IMG/VR virus record: IMGVR_UViG_3300021171_000016
Coordinates: 1-50,851 of that record
Source of the DNA: a virus
Lineage: Duplodnaviria > Caudoviricetes
Direction: 5' to 3' (one strand)
Length of the DNA: 50,851 nt
Shown here: one piece after another, positions 25,796-33,451 of the stretch
How positions within the stretch are numbered: position 1 is the first letter of the stretch
How the letters are laid out: every line of letters starts with the position of its first letter
Made by a program: the position numbers and the translations under genes
The notes under the pieces: model-generated
The model's input: the letters and a program-made list of their open reading frames with translations, nothing else
Databases searched by the model: none
What the model was told of the DNA's origin: nothing

Positions 25796-26004
25796 TGACA
25801 CAACGCGGAACCGTTAATCTTGACATGGTGTTGGTTAGGAAGCTGCAAGCAAAGGCTGCCGAAATCAATCGCGACCAGCCGAGAATGATAACCACACATC
25901 CAACCCTGGCTGGCGGAAAAGGCGGTGTCACCGCAAGCAGTCTGGCGACGTATCTCATCACGCTTGGGTTGTATGACATGGACGATGTCGAGGAGGGAAA
26001 ATGA
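25795..26004 (+). CDS. Ribbon-helix-helix-like regulator
   Basis: MTQRGTVNLDMVLVRKLQAKA...TASSLATYLITLGL. AAGGAGG RBS, TAATG overlap. Confidence 0.5.
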   Translation: MTQRGTVNLDMVLVRKLQAKAAEINRDQPRMITTHPTLAGGKGGVTASSLATYLITLGLYDMDDVEEGK

Positions 26005-26276
26005 ACAATGACACTCTCTGGCGTATGGCCAGCGTTCTTCATGATCAATGCGTCGTGAAGTTCCGGGGTCGCGCCGTAGTGTTCAGCCACGAAGTGATAC
26101 CATGGCGCGAACCTAATTCCTTGTGTGTGCTTCGTCTCAGCTTGGCGACCATAGAGATTGTAGACATCGTGCAATGTGCGAACGCCCGCACCCTTTACTC
26201 CACCATGCGTCACACCTTACGCAGGCGGATTAACTTTGAACTCACCAAGGAGGTGTTGAATGTACGAAGAGGATGA
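26001..26276 (+). CDS. Hypothetical protein
   Basis: 91 aa, ATGA overlap. Confidence 0.5.
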   Translation: MNNDTLWRMASVLHDQCVVKFRGRAVVFSHEVIPWREPNSLCVLRLSLATIEIVDIVQCANARTLYSTMRHTLRRRINFELTKEVLNVRRG

Positions 26277-26478
26277 CCGGGACTATGACGACCGTGACGA
26301 CCGCCTGGAGTTCGCAGACCCAGGCGGTCGTTCCGCTTTGCGGGCCGCTTCCAAGAAGAACCCGCGCAACCTTCCATGTCCGAACTGCGGCAAGAAGAAT
26401 CGTTTGACGCAGGCCGACCGCGCACGCGGTTATCAGTGCGACGAGTGCGCCGATAAACTAGAAAGGGGAGTTGACTAA
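26260..26478 (+). CDS. Small Zn-finger protein
   Basis: CPNC...CDEC. AAGGAGG RBS. Confidence 0.65.
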   Translation: MYEEDDRDYDDRDDRLEFADPGGRSALRAASKKNPRNLPCPNCGKKNRLTQADRARGYQCDECADKLERGVD

Positions 26479-26708
26479 TGGCAACGGACGGCGAGCAGGT
26501 ATTGTGCTCGTGGTGTGGAGCACCAATCCGAACTGAGGATTGTTTACTCCTCGTCGCGACCCACGCACCCGTGGGCCGCAAAGGATGCACCCTTGCTTTC
26601 GCCTGGGTGACAACAATCAACGCAATCGACGGGCAAGACTATCTCGGCTCGTCGGTTTGCGCAGCAGCAGCTTTCGACCAATGGTTAAAAAATCACACAG
26701 GGAGGTAA
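26478..26708 (+). CDS. Cys-containing hypothetical protein
   Basis: CSWCG. TAATG overlap. Confidence 0.55.
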   Translation: MATDGEQVLCSWCGAPIRTEDCLLLVATHAPVGRKGCTLAFAWVTTINAIDGQDYLGSSVCAAAAFDQWLKNHTGR

Positions 26709-26714
26709 GTCGAG

Positions 26715-26897
26715 TTGAACACACGCCGCGTGATCGTCAATTACTACGAGGGGCTGTATTACATGCTCCACTTTCAAACCTTGAACCCGAGCGGACATTG
26801 GGAGGATGTCCGCTCGCCTTTCGTTGCACACGAATGCCGACTCGAATTCACCATTGGCGACTATATGCAGGTGGGGAGGGTGCCCAAAAATGACTGA
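26715..26897 (+). CDS. Hypothetical protein
   Basis: 60 aa, GGAGG RBS, TTG start. Confidence 0.5.
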   Translation: MNTRRVIVNYYEGLYYMLHFQTLNPSGHWEDVRSPFVAHECRLEFTIGDYMQVGRVPKND

Positions 26898-27123
26898 CCT
26901 GCCTGTGGTGATCGCGGAACTCCGCACCCTGCGCCAGCATCTCAAGGCGCACCCTGGCGAACGCCTGCTTCGTGGAGCGCATCGCCGCTCGGCCCTTCTA
27001 TGTTGGCGGCAACAGCGATGCCTGACCTGCGGGCAGGACGTTCTATTCTCGGTCGAATGCCTGCTCATGGCGGATGGTATGACTGGCGGAAAGAAGCCCA
27101 ATGACAACGTACAAAATAGTTAG
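26890..27123 (+). CDS. Hypothetical protein (MTDLPVVIAEL...)
   Basis: GGGAGG RBS, CLTC motif. Confidence 0.5.
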   Translation: MTDLPVVIAELRTLRQHLKAHPGERLLRGAHRRSALLCWRQQRCLTCGQDVLFSVECLLMADGMTGGKKPNDNVQNS

Positions 27124-27304
27124 GCGGTGTGCGACCTGCGGCGAGCGCATCATCTGGTGTAAGGGCGTGAAGTGTTGGTGTCACGCCCGAGACCTCCGCG
27201 ACCGTTGCAACCCGGACCAACACTGGCGACCTGTAGCATCGCCAGTGGTTCGTCCGATTTTTACTCGGCCTAATCCAAGGCAGAAAAAGAGAGGTACAAA
27301 ATGA
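27101..27304 (+). CDS. Cys/His-rich hypothetical protein
   Basis: CATCG...WCH...C...H. Confidence 0.5.
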   Translation: MTTYKIVRRCATCGERIIWCKGVKCWCHARDLRDRCNPDQHWRPVASPVVRPIFTRPNPRQKKRGTK

Positions 27305-28059
27305 AGTGGTTCATGGAACGACTCATTACCATGGTCGCGATCTGGAGCATTCTCGGAATGTCCCAGGCCGCGTTAGCCCAGGCCCCGAAGCTGCCAGCAT
27401 GTCCACCCAACTGCGGAAATGGAGGTGGTGGGAACTACACCCATATGCAAGTCTACAATGTGGGTTCCACAAACACCGTGCTGAAGTACACCAAACCCAC
27501 CCAGGCGCAGATGAAGTACGCCGCTGCGCAGATCGAACTCTACGTGAGCCAGCAGGTCGCGACGGGCAACATCGGCGCAATGCAGGCCGAGTTCCTAGCG
27601 CTGCTCAACAATAACACTTGGGGGTCGATGTATTTTGACGGCACGAAGGGGCAGCAACTCAGCGCATCCTTCGGCGGCATTATGACCCTGCAGCAGTTGC
27701 AGGCCGACCTAAACAACGTCAGCGCGTCGGATCGGCAAACGATTGCTTCCTACATTAAAACTTACGGCCTCGCCGATTTCATGGACAGTGGAGCACAACT
27801 GCTCAACGAAATGGGAGGCGAATACATTCGCGGGAAACAGCACAGCAAGCATTGGCTGTCCATCGTGGATCGTTACAGGCACGTCTACACGAAGCTCGGA
27901 TACGAGCCCCCGGTCGATGTGCCGCGTGCGTGGCTGGACGGATGCGCAGCAGTGGGCACGGCCCTGATGATCTTCGGCGGTCCCGTGGGTGGAGCCGTTG
28001 GTGGAGGGTTGCTCATCGGATCGGCCTTGGGGTTCCTCTATCTGGACATATTCCAATGA
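27301..28059 (+). CDS. Exported protein with signal peptide and C-terminal glycine-zipper hydrophobic hairpin
   Basis: MKWFMERLITMVAIWSILGMSQAALA-Q signal. C-terminus GCAAVGTALMIFGGPVGGAVGGGLLIGSALGFLYL. Confidence 0.65.
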   Translation: MKWFMERLITMVAIWSILGMSQAALAQAPKLPACPPNCGNGGGGNYTHMQVYNVGSTNTVLKYTKPTQAQMKYAAAQIELYVSQQVATGNIGAMQAEFLALLNNNTWGSMYFDGTKGQQLSASFGGIMTLQQLQADLNNVSASDRQTIASYIKTYGLADFMDSGAQLLNEMGGEYIRGKQHSKHWLSIVDRYRHVYTKLGYEPPVDVPRAWLDGCAAVGTALMIFGGPVGGAVGGGLLIGSALGFLYLDIFQ

Positions 28060-28220
28060 AAACCCTTGGCATCCTCGCAGCAGCGTTGGTCGTGGTAAGC
28101 ACGCTGATGGTTGTTGAGATGGTGACACACAACCATGCGGCACCTTACACGGCGGTTGGAGCGGGCTGCTTGTTCATGGCCCTGGTGGTCGGCGTCGTTC
28201 GGGCAGCCTATAAGGAGTAG
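28056..28220 (+). CDS. 54-aa two-TM membrane protein
   Basis: MKTLGILAAALVVVSTLMVV...AVGAGCLFMALVVGVV. ATGA-coupled to the upstream gene. Confidence 0.6.
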   Translation: MKTLGILAAALVVVSTLMVVEMVTHNHAAPYTAVGAGCLFMALVVGVVRAAYKE

Positions 28221-28241
28221 AAACCCCGAACGCTTGAACCG

Positions 28242-28269
28242 TGGCTCCCGATACGTCGGGGGCCATTTT
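28242..28269 (+). terminator. Intrinsic terminator
   Basis: TGGCTCCCGA-TACG-TCGGGGGCCA-TTTT. Confidence 0.7.
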
Positions 28270-28360
28270 AGCCTTAATAGACGTGGTTAACCGTCTCAGT
28301 TAATCTGTTATGTCCTTTGGCACGAACCGTGTCTGTTATTAACTTGGAAGGGACCCCCGT

Positions 28361-28390
28361 TCGACATCCACAGGGCAGGGCGTGTACAAT
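28361..28390 (+). promoter_or_regulatory. Putative sigma70-type promoter
   Basis: TCGACA-N18-TACAAT upstream of an AAAGGAG RBS. Confidence 0.5.
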
Positions 28391-28419
28391 TCGGCGTCCC
28401 AAGAAAGGAGCGCTTCCTT

Positions 28420-28659
28420 ATGCCAAGCTATCGGGTAGGTGTGAAGGTCAATGACCATTCCATCGGCGATTGCTGGCTGTTTAACAGTGTCCGGTTCGCA
28501 ACCTTGACTGATGCCTTTCGGTACGGCAGCACGTTGCTAGTTATCGAAGGCAGACTACTCAAAACCTATAAGGTCATCTATTCGGCTTTGCCGCCGAATC
28601 GTTTTCGCTTCGTGCCGTCGTCCTTTACCTATGGCTGCCAGGGACGGGTGCGCCGATGA
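28420..28659 (+). CDS. Hypothetical protein
   Basis: 79 aa, AAAGGAG RBS. Confidence 0.55.
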   Translation: MPSYRVGVKVNDHSIGDCWLFNSVRFATLTDAFRYGSTLLVIEGRLLKTYKVIYSALPPNRFRFVPSSFTYGCQGRVRR

Positions 28660-28877
28660 CAATCGAAACCTTCAACCGTCGTCTCACGCAGAATGTAATC
28701 ATCTGGGAACGACATAAACGACTATGCACGCCCTGCCTTCGCTTCGACGAGGACCGCGTGTCCGATGCACAACCCTGCTCAATTGGCTTGGTGATTTTTC
28801 GCACCTTGCTTAGAACTCTTCAGGAACGAGTCGTCAGAAACCCTGATACCTTGCTGAATGTTATCGACATGACTTAG
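28656..28877 (+). CDS. Hypothetical protein
   Basis: 73 aa, H...CTPC...C. Confidence 0.55.
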   Translation: MTIETFNRRLTQNVIIWERHKRLCTPCLRFDEDRVSDAQPCSIGLVIFRTLLRTLQERVVRNPDTLLNVIDMT

Positions 28878-28888
28878 AAAGGAAATCC

Positions 28889-29275
28889 GTGGACATTACA
28901 GCAGACAAGGCCCACACGGTACGGAACCTTCAAACGGTCGGAATCTTGGCGTGTCAACAGGCTATCGAAGCTATGAAGCGCGCCAACCAGACAATTGGTG
29001 TTCCCGCACAACCCTGGGTTGGTGAGAATAGAGAATGGTCTCTTGGACACGGCTTCAAACTGAAGCTGGAAGTTATGTCAAGAGGCATCACAACAATGAC
29101 CATCGTACATGAGAACGAACAAACGGTACAGATGACGCTACGCATCCCCAACGCGGTTAGTCAGGAAATTGCAGAAGTCATGCTTGTATATTGTTCTCAG
29201 ATCGCGCTACAACAGCACGAGCGCGAACACGAGCTTGCGCCTCCACCCGAAACCGTCCACCTAATTAACAGGTAA
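28889..29275 (+). CDS. Hypothetical protein
   Basis: 128 aa, AAAGGA RBS. Confidence 0.6.
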   Translation: MDITADKAHTVRNLQTVGILACQQAIEAMKRANQTIGVPAQPWVGENREWSLGHGFKLKLEVMSRGITTMTIVHENEQTVQMTLRIPNAVSQEIAEVMLVYCSQIALQQHEREHELAPPPETVHLINR

Positions 29276-29299
29276 CACAACCGACAAAGGAGACTCATC

Positions 29300-29602
29300 A
29301 TGGTAACAAGGCAGCAAGAGTTAATTAAGAACTACGAGCTTCGTTTTGTATTGCCTAACGACGAAGTCTGCGTCCACACGCACACCGACCCGAACGTCCT
29401 CAAGAATCGCGTGGTTGCGGACTTGAGTGCATTCGACAAAAACAAGCCGACCTTTGAGACGACTGCCAATGGCGTTATCCTCGGCTACCATCCGGCTTAC
29501 ATGAATGGGGAGACGCCTATTGCCTGGATCGGCGAACTACCGGACCTCCCGGTATTTATGACGACCACGCCCATCGTTGAGACGCTGCGCAAAGCAGCGT
29601 AA
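29300..29602 (+). CDS. Hypothetical protein
   Basis: 100 aa, AAAGGAG RBS. Confidence 0.6.
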   Translation: MVTRQQELIKNYELRFVLPNDEVCVHTHTDPNVLKNRVVADLSAFDKNKPTFETTANGVILGYHPAYMNGETPIAWIGELPDLPVFMTTTPIVETLRKAA

Positions 29603-29613
29603 CCTCCAACCCA

Positions 29614-29643
29614 AGGCCCGAGGACCCGTTGGTTCTCGGGCTT
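29614..29643 (+). terminator. Terminator/processing hairpin
   Basis: AGGCCCGAGGACC-CGTT-GGTTCTCGGGCTT. Confidence 0.5.
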
Positions 29644-29667
29644 CACCACTTACACAAAGGAGAATGT

Positions 29668-30693
29668 ATGAAGAATAATTTTTTTGGGATGAACATCAAC
29701 CGGGCCGTAGACGCCCAGCCGTTACTGGTCAAGATCGACAGCAAGCGGTTCTGGGATGATGGCTGTTCGTGGGTCCACGTCAACCCGGCTCGTGGTGAAT
29801 TCGATCCAACCACAATTACTAAATGGATCACCGTACTGCAGGCGGCTGGCGTGAAGGACGTGCTCTTTGAGTTAGGTGGGACGCCATCCTGGGCAAGCAC
29901 GAACCAAGCGCAGGGATGCGATTACAACCGACTCGGCTACTGTTCCCCGCCTTCGGACCTCCACTCAGACGGCACAGGGCCGAACCTCATCTGGCGCGAA
30001 TGGTGCAAGTATATCGCGCAGTTGTTCACGACCTTTCCCGGCGTGCTCGTTTCCGGTTGGTGTCCGTGGAACGAGTTCACCAGGCAGGTTGGTTGGACAG
30101 GAACCCACTCCTGGCTCGGCACGTCGCAGCAGATGGTACGTCTCGCTGAGGACGCCCGCGCCATAATCCTTGGCCGTGGGCACGGCATCACGGCGACCCA
30201 CGAAACCATCACTGAGGCTCTTGCGACGGTTGGCTTAACCAGCGCGGCGTATAACCGGACCAACTCCAGTGTGCTGCTCTCCCCGAGCAGTGGCGCAGGC
30301 AAGTGGTTCTTTCCTAAACTCCTCGCCTACTACTCGACCCCAGGAGCGGTCGAAGCGGTTGAGGCGAGCGCTGTCCATCTCTACCCCGAACCCGATAACA
30401 CATCTAAGGGTGCCTTGGCCGTCTTCGACGCCTATGTAGCAGCGATGAGTGGCTACCCAATCAAGCCACTGTGGATTACTGAGGGGTCGTATCGTGGCGG
30501 GCCGTCTAGTGGGCAGTCGATAGCGGATTTCGTTCGGGGTTACTACACCGAGCTATACAATCTGGTAGATCGCATTTACTGGTATGCTTACGACGACCCG
30601 ACCTGTGGGCAACTTGCCAGCGGTAAGCTGTTGCTGCCCTCGGGTGTGGCGTACAACGAGGTATATAAAAAGCTCATTGTACCTTCTACTTAG
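29668..30693 (+). CDS. Clan GH-A glycoside hydrolase (GH39/GH5-like TIM barrel)
   Basis: FFGMN, RFWDDGCSW..VNPARGEFD, GGTPSWAS, acid/base WNE, VHLY, nucleophile LWITEG and YWYAYD. AAAGGAG RBS, start ATG 29668, no signal peptide. Confidence 0.8.
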   Translation: MKNNFFGMNINRAVDAQPLLVKIDSKRFWDDGCSWVHVNPARGEFDPTTITKWITVLQAAGVKDVLFELGGTPSWASTNQAQGCDYNRLGYCSPPSDLHSDGTGPNLIWREWCKYIAQLFTTFPGVLVSGWCPWNEFTRQVGWTGTHSWLGTSQQMVRLAEDARAIILGRGHGITATHETITEALATVGLTSAAYNRTNSSVLLSPSSGAGKWFFPKLLAYYSTPGAVEAVEASAVHLYPEPDNTSKGALAVFDAYVAAMSGYPIKPLWITEGSYRGGPSSGQSIADFVRGYYTELYNLVDRIYWYAYDDPTCGQLASGKLLLPSGVAYNEVYKKLIVPST

Positions 30694-30702
30694 ATTACAT
30701 GA

Positions 30703-30787
30703 TTTTCCTCCTGCCCTGCCAGAGGGTTAAGGGAGGGAAACCCCAACGCGGTTGCTCTTTTTCCTCCTACCGCGTTGGGGATTTTTA
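30703..30787. terminator. Paired hairpins between the convergent arms (bidirectional terminator region)
   Basis: TTTTCCTCCT...GGGAGGGAAA, and CCCAACGCGG...CCGCGTTGGG followed by ATTTTT. Confidence 0.55.
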
Positions 30788-31090
30788 TTTGTCCTGATGG
30801 TCATCATCCTCAGTTGCTGGCTTGTTTCCCATTGGTGCGTAGAAGGCTTTGGTGGTCACGTAGAAGGCCGTGACGAATCCGGTCTGCGCCACGATCACGG
30901 CTGCCGTAGGTGTGAATGGCAGCGGAGCGAATCCGGGAGGCAGGTGATGATTGAACTGCCACGCGAACACGCCCTGCGCTGAATCCCATCCGAGCACGAA
31001 GGCCACGAGCACCAGACTCAACACACGCCCGAATGACACCGAGCCCTCGGCTGACAGGAGCGAGGTCAGCCAGCGGGCAATGGTCTTCAC
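30785..31090 (-). CDS. Putative holin (two TM)
   Basis: GTG start overlapping the previous TGA. SFGRVLSLVLVAFVLGW and AVIVAQTGFVTAFYV, with a charged C-terminus. Last gene of the lysis cassette. Confidence 0.55.
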   Translation of the reverse strand: MKTIARWLTSLLSAEGSVSFGRVLSLVLVAFVLGWDSAQGVFAWQFNHHLPPGFAPLPFTPTAAVIVAQTGFVTAFYVTTKAFYAPMGNKPATEDDDHQDK

Positions 31091-31623
31091 AGCACACCGT
31101 GCGCGAGAACAAACCCGATAGCAATCCCGATGCCGACAGCCTTCGCTACGTTCTTGATTCGTTTGAGGAGTGCAGGCTTCTTCTTCAGCACCACAACCTC
31201 GGCCCGTGTGTTCACGATAATTGCATCCTTGGCCGTGGCCTCTGTTCGGCACGCGGCAAGTTGGACGGCATCTTCCTTGCATTGTGCTAACTCTTGGAAG
31301 AGCGGCACGGCGTCAACCGTGACCCGGTTGTCTGGTGCGGGGGTCGCGTTGAGTGGGATGGCTGACATCTCGGGAATCGCCGCGACGGCCTGCGTGGGAG
31401 TCTTAACGAAGACGACCCGCGCCCGGATGGCCGCGACGGTCCTGTCGGCCTGCGCCTGGGTATCCACGACCTGGGCCTGCAGGGCCTTGACGTTGACCTC
31501 GTGGGCCTTGATCTGCTGCTCCGCGATGACACGGGCGTCGTGTTCCTGCATCCAGAAGTGTGCGAACAGAATAGCTATGGCCAGAAGAATCGTATAACAG
31601 ATGTGCGTTGCTTTGGTTGTCAT
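31087..31623 (-). CDS. Spanin-like protein with N-terminal TM, coiled coils and C-terminal hydrophobic anchor
   Basis: ICYTILLAIAILFAHFW, heptad-rich middle with two Cys, then KRIKNVAKAVGIGIAIGFVLAHG. Between endolysin and holin. Confidence 0.55.
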   Translation of the reverse strand: MTTKATHICYTILLAIAILFAHFWMQEHDARVIAEQQIKAHEVNVKALQAQVVDTQAQADRTVAAIRARVVFVKTPTQAVAAIPEMSAIPLNATPAPDNRVTVDAVPLFQELAQCKEDAVQLAACRTEATAKDAIIVNTRAEVVVLKKKPALLKRIKNVAKAVGIGIAIGFVLAHGVL

Positions 31624-31705
31624 AGGTCGCCTCCGTGAATTAAATTGCAGGCCGTGGTCCGGTTCGTGGCGACCAAGCCAACCTCGCCACAGCCTGCAAA
31701 CTTGA

Positions 31706-32068
31706 TTACATAACTTGTAGATAGTGGTCGCCCTCGGTCCACATCGCTACGCGAGTGCCGTGGAGTTGTACGATGCAACCCTCCGAGCTTGTTGCGGGGT
31801 GATCGGCGTTCGCTCCGTGGCAACGAAACAGGCTACGGCCCTTCATGTCGTTCGAGGGGTCGGGGAGAAGGTTCATCGTATACTTGCCCGTGCGTGGCGA
31901 ATCGTGCGGTTCCTGCAGCGTGTAGAATCCAGCGGGCAACGGCCCAACTTTGTCTACGTCGTCCATCGCCGGGTTGTTGTATCCCTTGCCCTGGCCAGCC
32001 CAGCCAATGCCGAGGAGCGATCCGCCACTGCGGGTTAGGTATCCGGTTCGGCGATCATACTTGAGCAT
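31706..32068 (-). CDS. Tlde1/DUF2778-type L,D-transpeptidase-fold enzyme, probable endolysin
   Basis: GWAG...NNP...VGPLPAGFY, GRSLFRCHG and SSEGCIV (HxX14-17C motif). GGGAGG RBS before ATG 32068. Confidence 0.8.
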   Translation of the reverse strand: MLKYDRRTGYLTRSGGSLLGIGWAGQGKGYNNPAMDDVDKVGPLPAGFYTLQEPHDSPRTGKYTMNLLPDPSNDMKGRSLFRCHGANADHPATSSEGCIVQLHGTRVAMWTEGDHYLQVM

Positions 32069-32855
32069 GTGAAGCCTCCCATGATTTGTGGCAGTCATAC
32101 ATCATCTCCTTACGGTACTTCTCATGAGGCGAGCCCGCCGAGAGATGACTGGTTACAACTTGGTTGTTTTTGTTCGGCCAATACGACTGGCCCTTGTTCA
32201 GGAAGCGTGTCGTGTCGTCGAAGTACTTCAGCTTCTTGGCTGGCCAATCAAACCCGAGACGATTCCCGACCCAGAGGTCTTCGGCGTAGGGCGTGATGTC
32301 ATCGCGCCACACTCCAGTAATCGGCGCATCGAGTAGGTGGGTGTACGCCTTCCGGCTCAGAACATAACCTGCGCCTCCGCTGGCATAGTTCTGCTTGCCC
32401 AGGAACTCATTGCGGAAGTCGCCGTAATAATCGAACTCCGTGAACGGGCGTGTCAGCAAGCGCTCGATGCGGACGTAGGTATCGGGGAAGCAACGGAAGA
32501 CGAAGTCGTAGTCGTGGGCCTGTGCCCAACGCAACGAGACCTGGGTCTTCGAGGTCAGGTGTCCGTAATCGTCGCGGCAATCTATAAGGACGATCCGCGA
32601 ACATGACCCTGGGTCACCTTTGGCGATCCCAGGGCCGTCCTGGGCCGCGATTCGGGCCGCGATGGCGTCGGTCGGAAGGTTGCCGCATACGTCGCCAGAG
32701 GGGCCAGGATCGCCGAGGAATTGGCTCCCAATGAAGAAGCGGACATCCACGTCGGGGTGATGGATCGCCTCCGCGATCCACGTCTCCCGGCAGGCGTCAT
32801 TCGATCCGTTCCGCTCGAAAAGTTCGCAGGAAGATATAGCAATTAAGAGCTTCAT
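32055..32855 (-). CDS. Glycosyltransferase, GT31/Fringe-like (GT-A fold), copy 3
   Basis: MKLLIAISSC, CRETW, DVRFFIG, DDYGHLTSKT, FRCFPDTYV, YASGGAGYVLS and AEDLWVG. Confidence 0.75.
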   Translation of the reverse strand: MKLLIAISSCELFERNGSNDACRETWIAEAIHHPDVDVRFFIGSQFLGDPGPSGDVCGNLPTDAIAARIAAQDGPGIAKGDPGSCSRIVLIDCRDDYGHLTSKTQVSLRWAQAHDYDFVFRCFPDTYVRIERLLTRPFTEFDYYGDFRNEFLGKQNYASGGAGYVLSRKAYTHLLDAPITGVWRDDITPYAEDLWVGNRLGFDWPAKKLKYFDDTTRFLNKGQSYWPNKNNQVVTSHLSAGSPHEKYRKEMMYDCHKSWEASHAQV

Positions 32856-33451
32856 AACTCTACGATTCCAATCCCTCCGAAGTGAATGTCGGAACAAAAC
32901 TCGATCTTTTTCCCTGGGAGTTCCTTCCAGAAGTCGGCCACGAAGCAACCCGCTCGGCGATGGTGCGGCGTATCCTTGATGTCGTGAAAGATGATGAGCC
33001 CGCCACGCCGAACGAAGCCGCCATACATCTCGTAGTCTTGTTTCACCCCCGCGTAGGAGTGGTCGCCGTCGATGAACAATAGATCAAGGAACTGTCCCGC
33101 CAACAGGCTCATCACAATCGCCCGCGAGTAGCCGTGATGTGAATCACCATTGATGCAGGCGACCTCGCCCTGGTTGGACCATGACCTCATGCGCTCGTTG
33201 CGCCACGCTCGACGATGCTCGTCTTTATAGAGGCCCGATCCGCTCGCGCCAGCGGGAAGGTCCAGGCTGATCTTCAAGTCGTACACGAGCTTGCACCACA
33301 GGAAAAAGGTTCCACCCGACTCGCTGCCAATCTCCAAGCAGTTATGAAGTTCCTTTGGTCGGAGGAAGTCAATTAACTGCCCGAGTTCAATCGGGCATTG
33401 TATTGCACCGTAATCTAAGGCTTGCTTCACTAGCTCTTTGGTTGTCACCAC
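32852..33451 (-). CDS. Class I SAM-dependent methyltransferase (Methyltransf_24-like)
   Basis: LEIGSESGGT, INGDSH, LLFIDGDHSYAGVKQD and GGLIIFHDI. Confidence 0.85.
   Translation of the reverse strand: MVTTKELVKQALDYGAIQCPIELGQLIDFLRPKELHNCLEIGSESGGTFFLWCKLVYDLKISLDLPAGASGSGLYKDEHRRAWRNERMRSWSNQGEVACINGDSHHGYSRAIVMSLLAGQFLDLLFIDGDHSYAGVKQDYEMYGGFVRRGGLIIFHDIKDTPHHRRAGCFVADFWKELPGKKIEFCSDIHFGGIGIVEL

Noticed and set aside
28315-28330. Sigma54 promoters (TTGGCACG at 28315 +, 8337 -, ~3311 -)
   Set aside because: The -24 box matches but the -12 TTGC is missing or poor (GTGT, AACC, CCGA), and one copy is inside a coding region.
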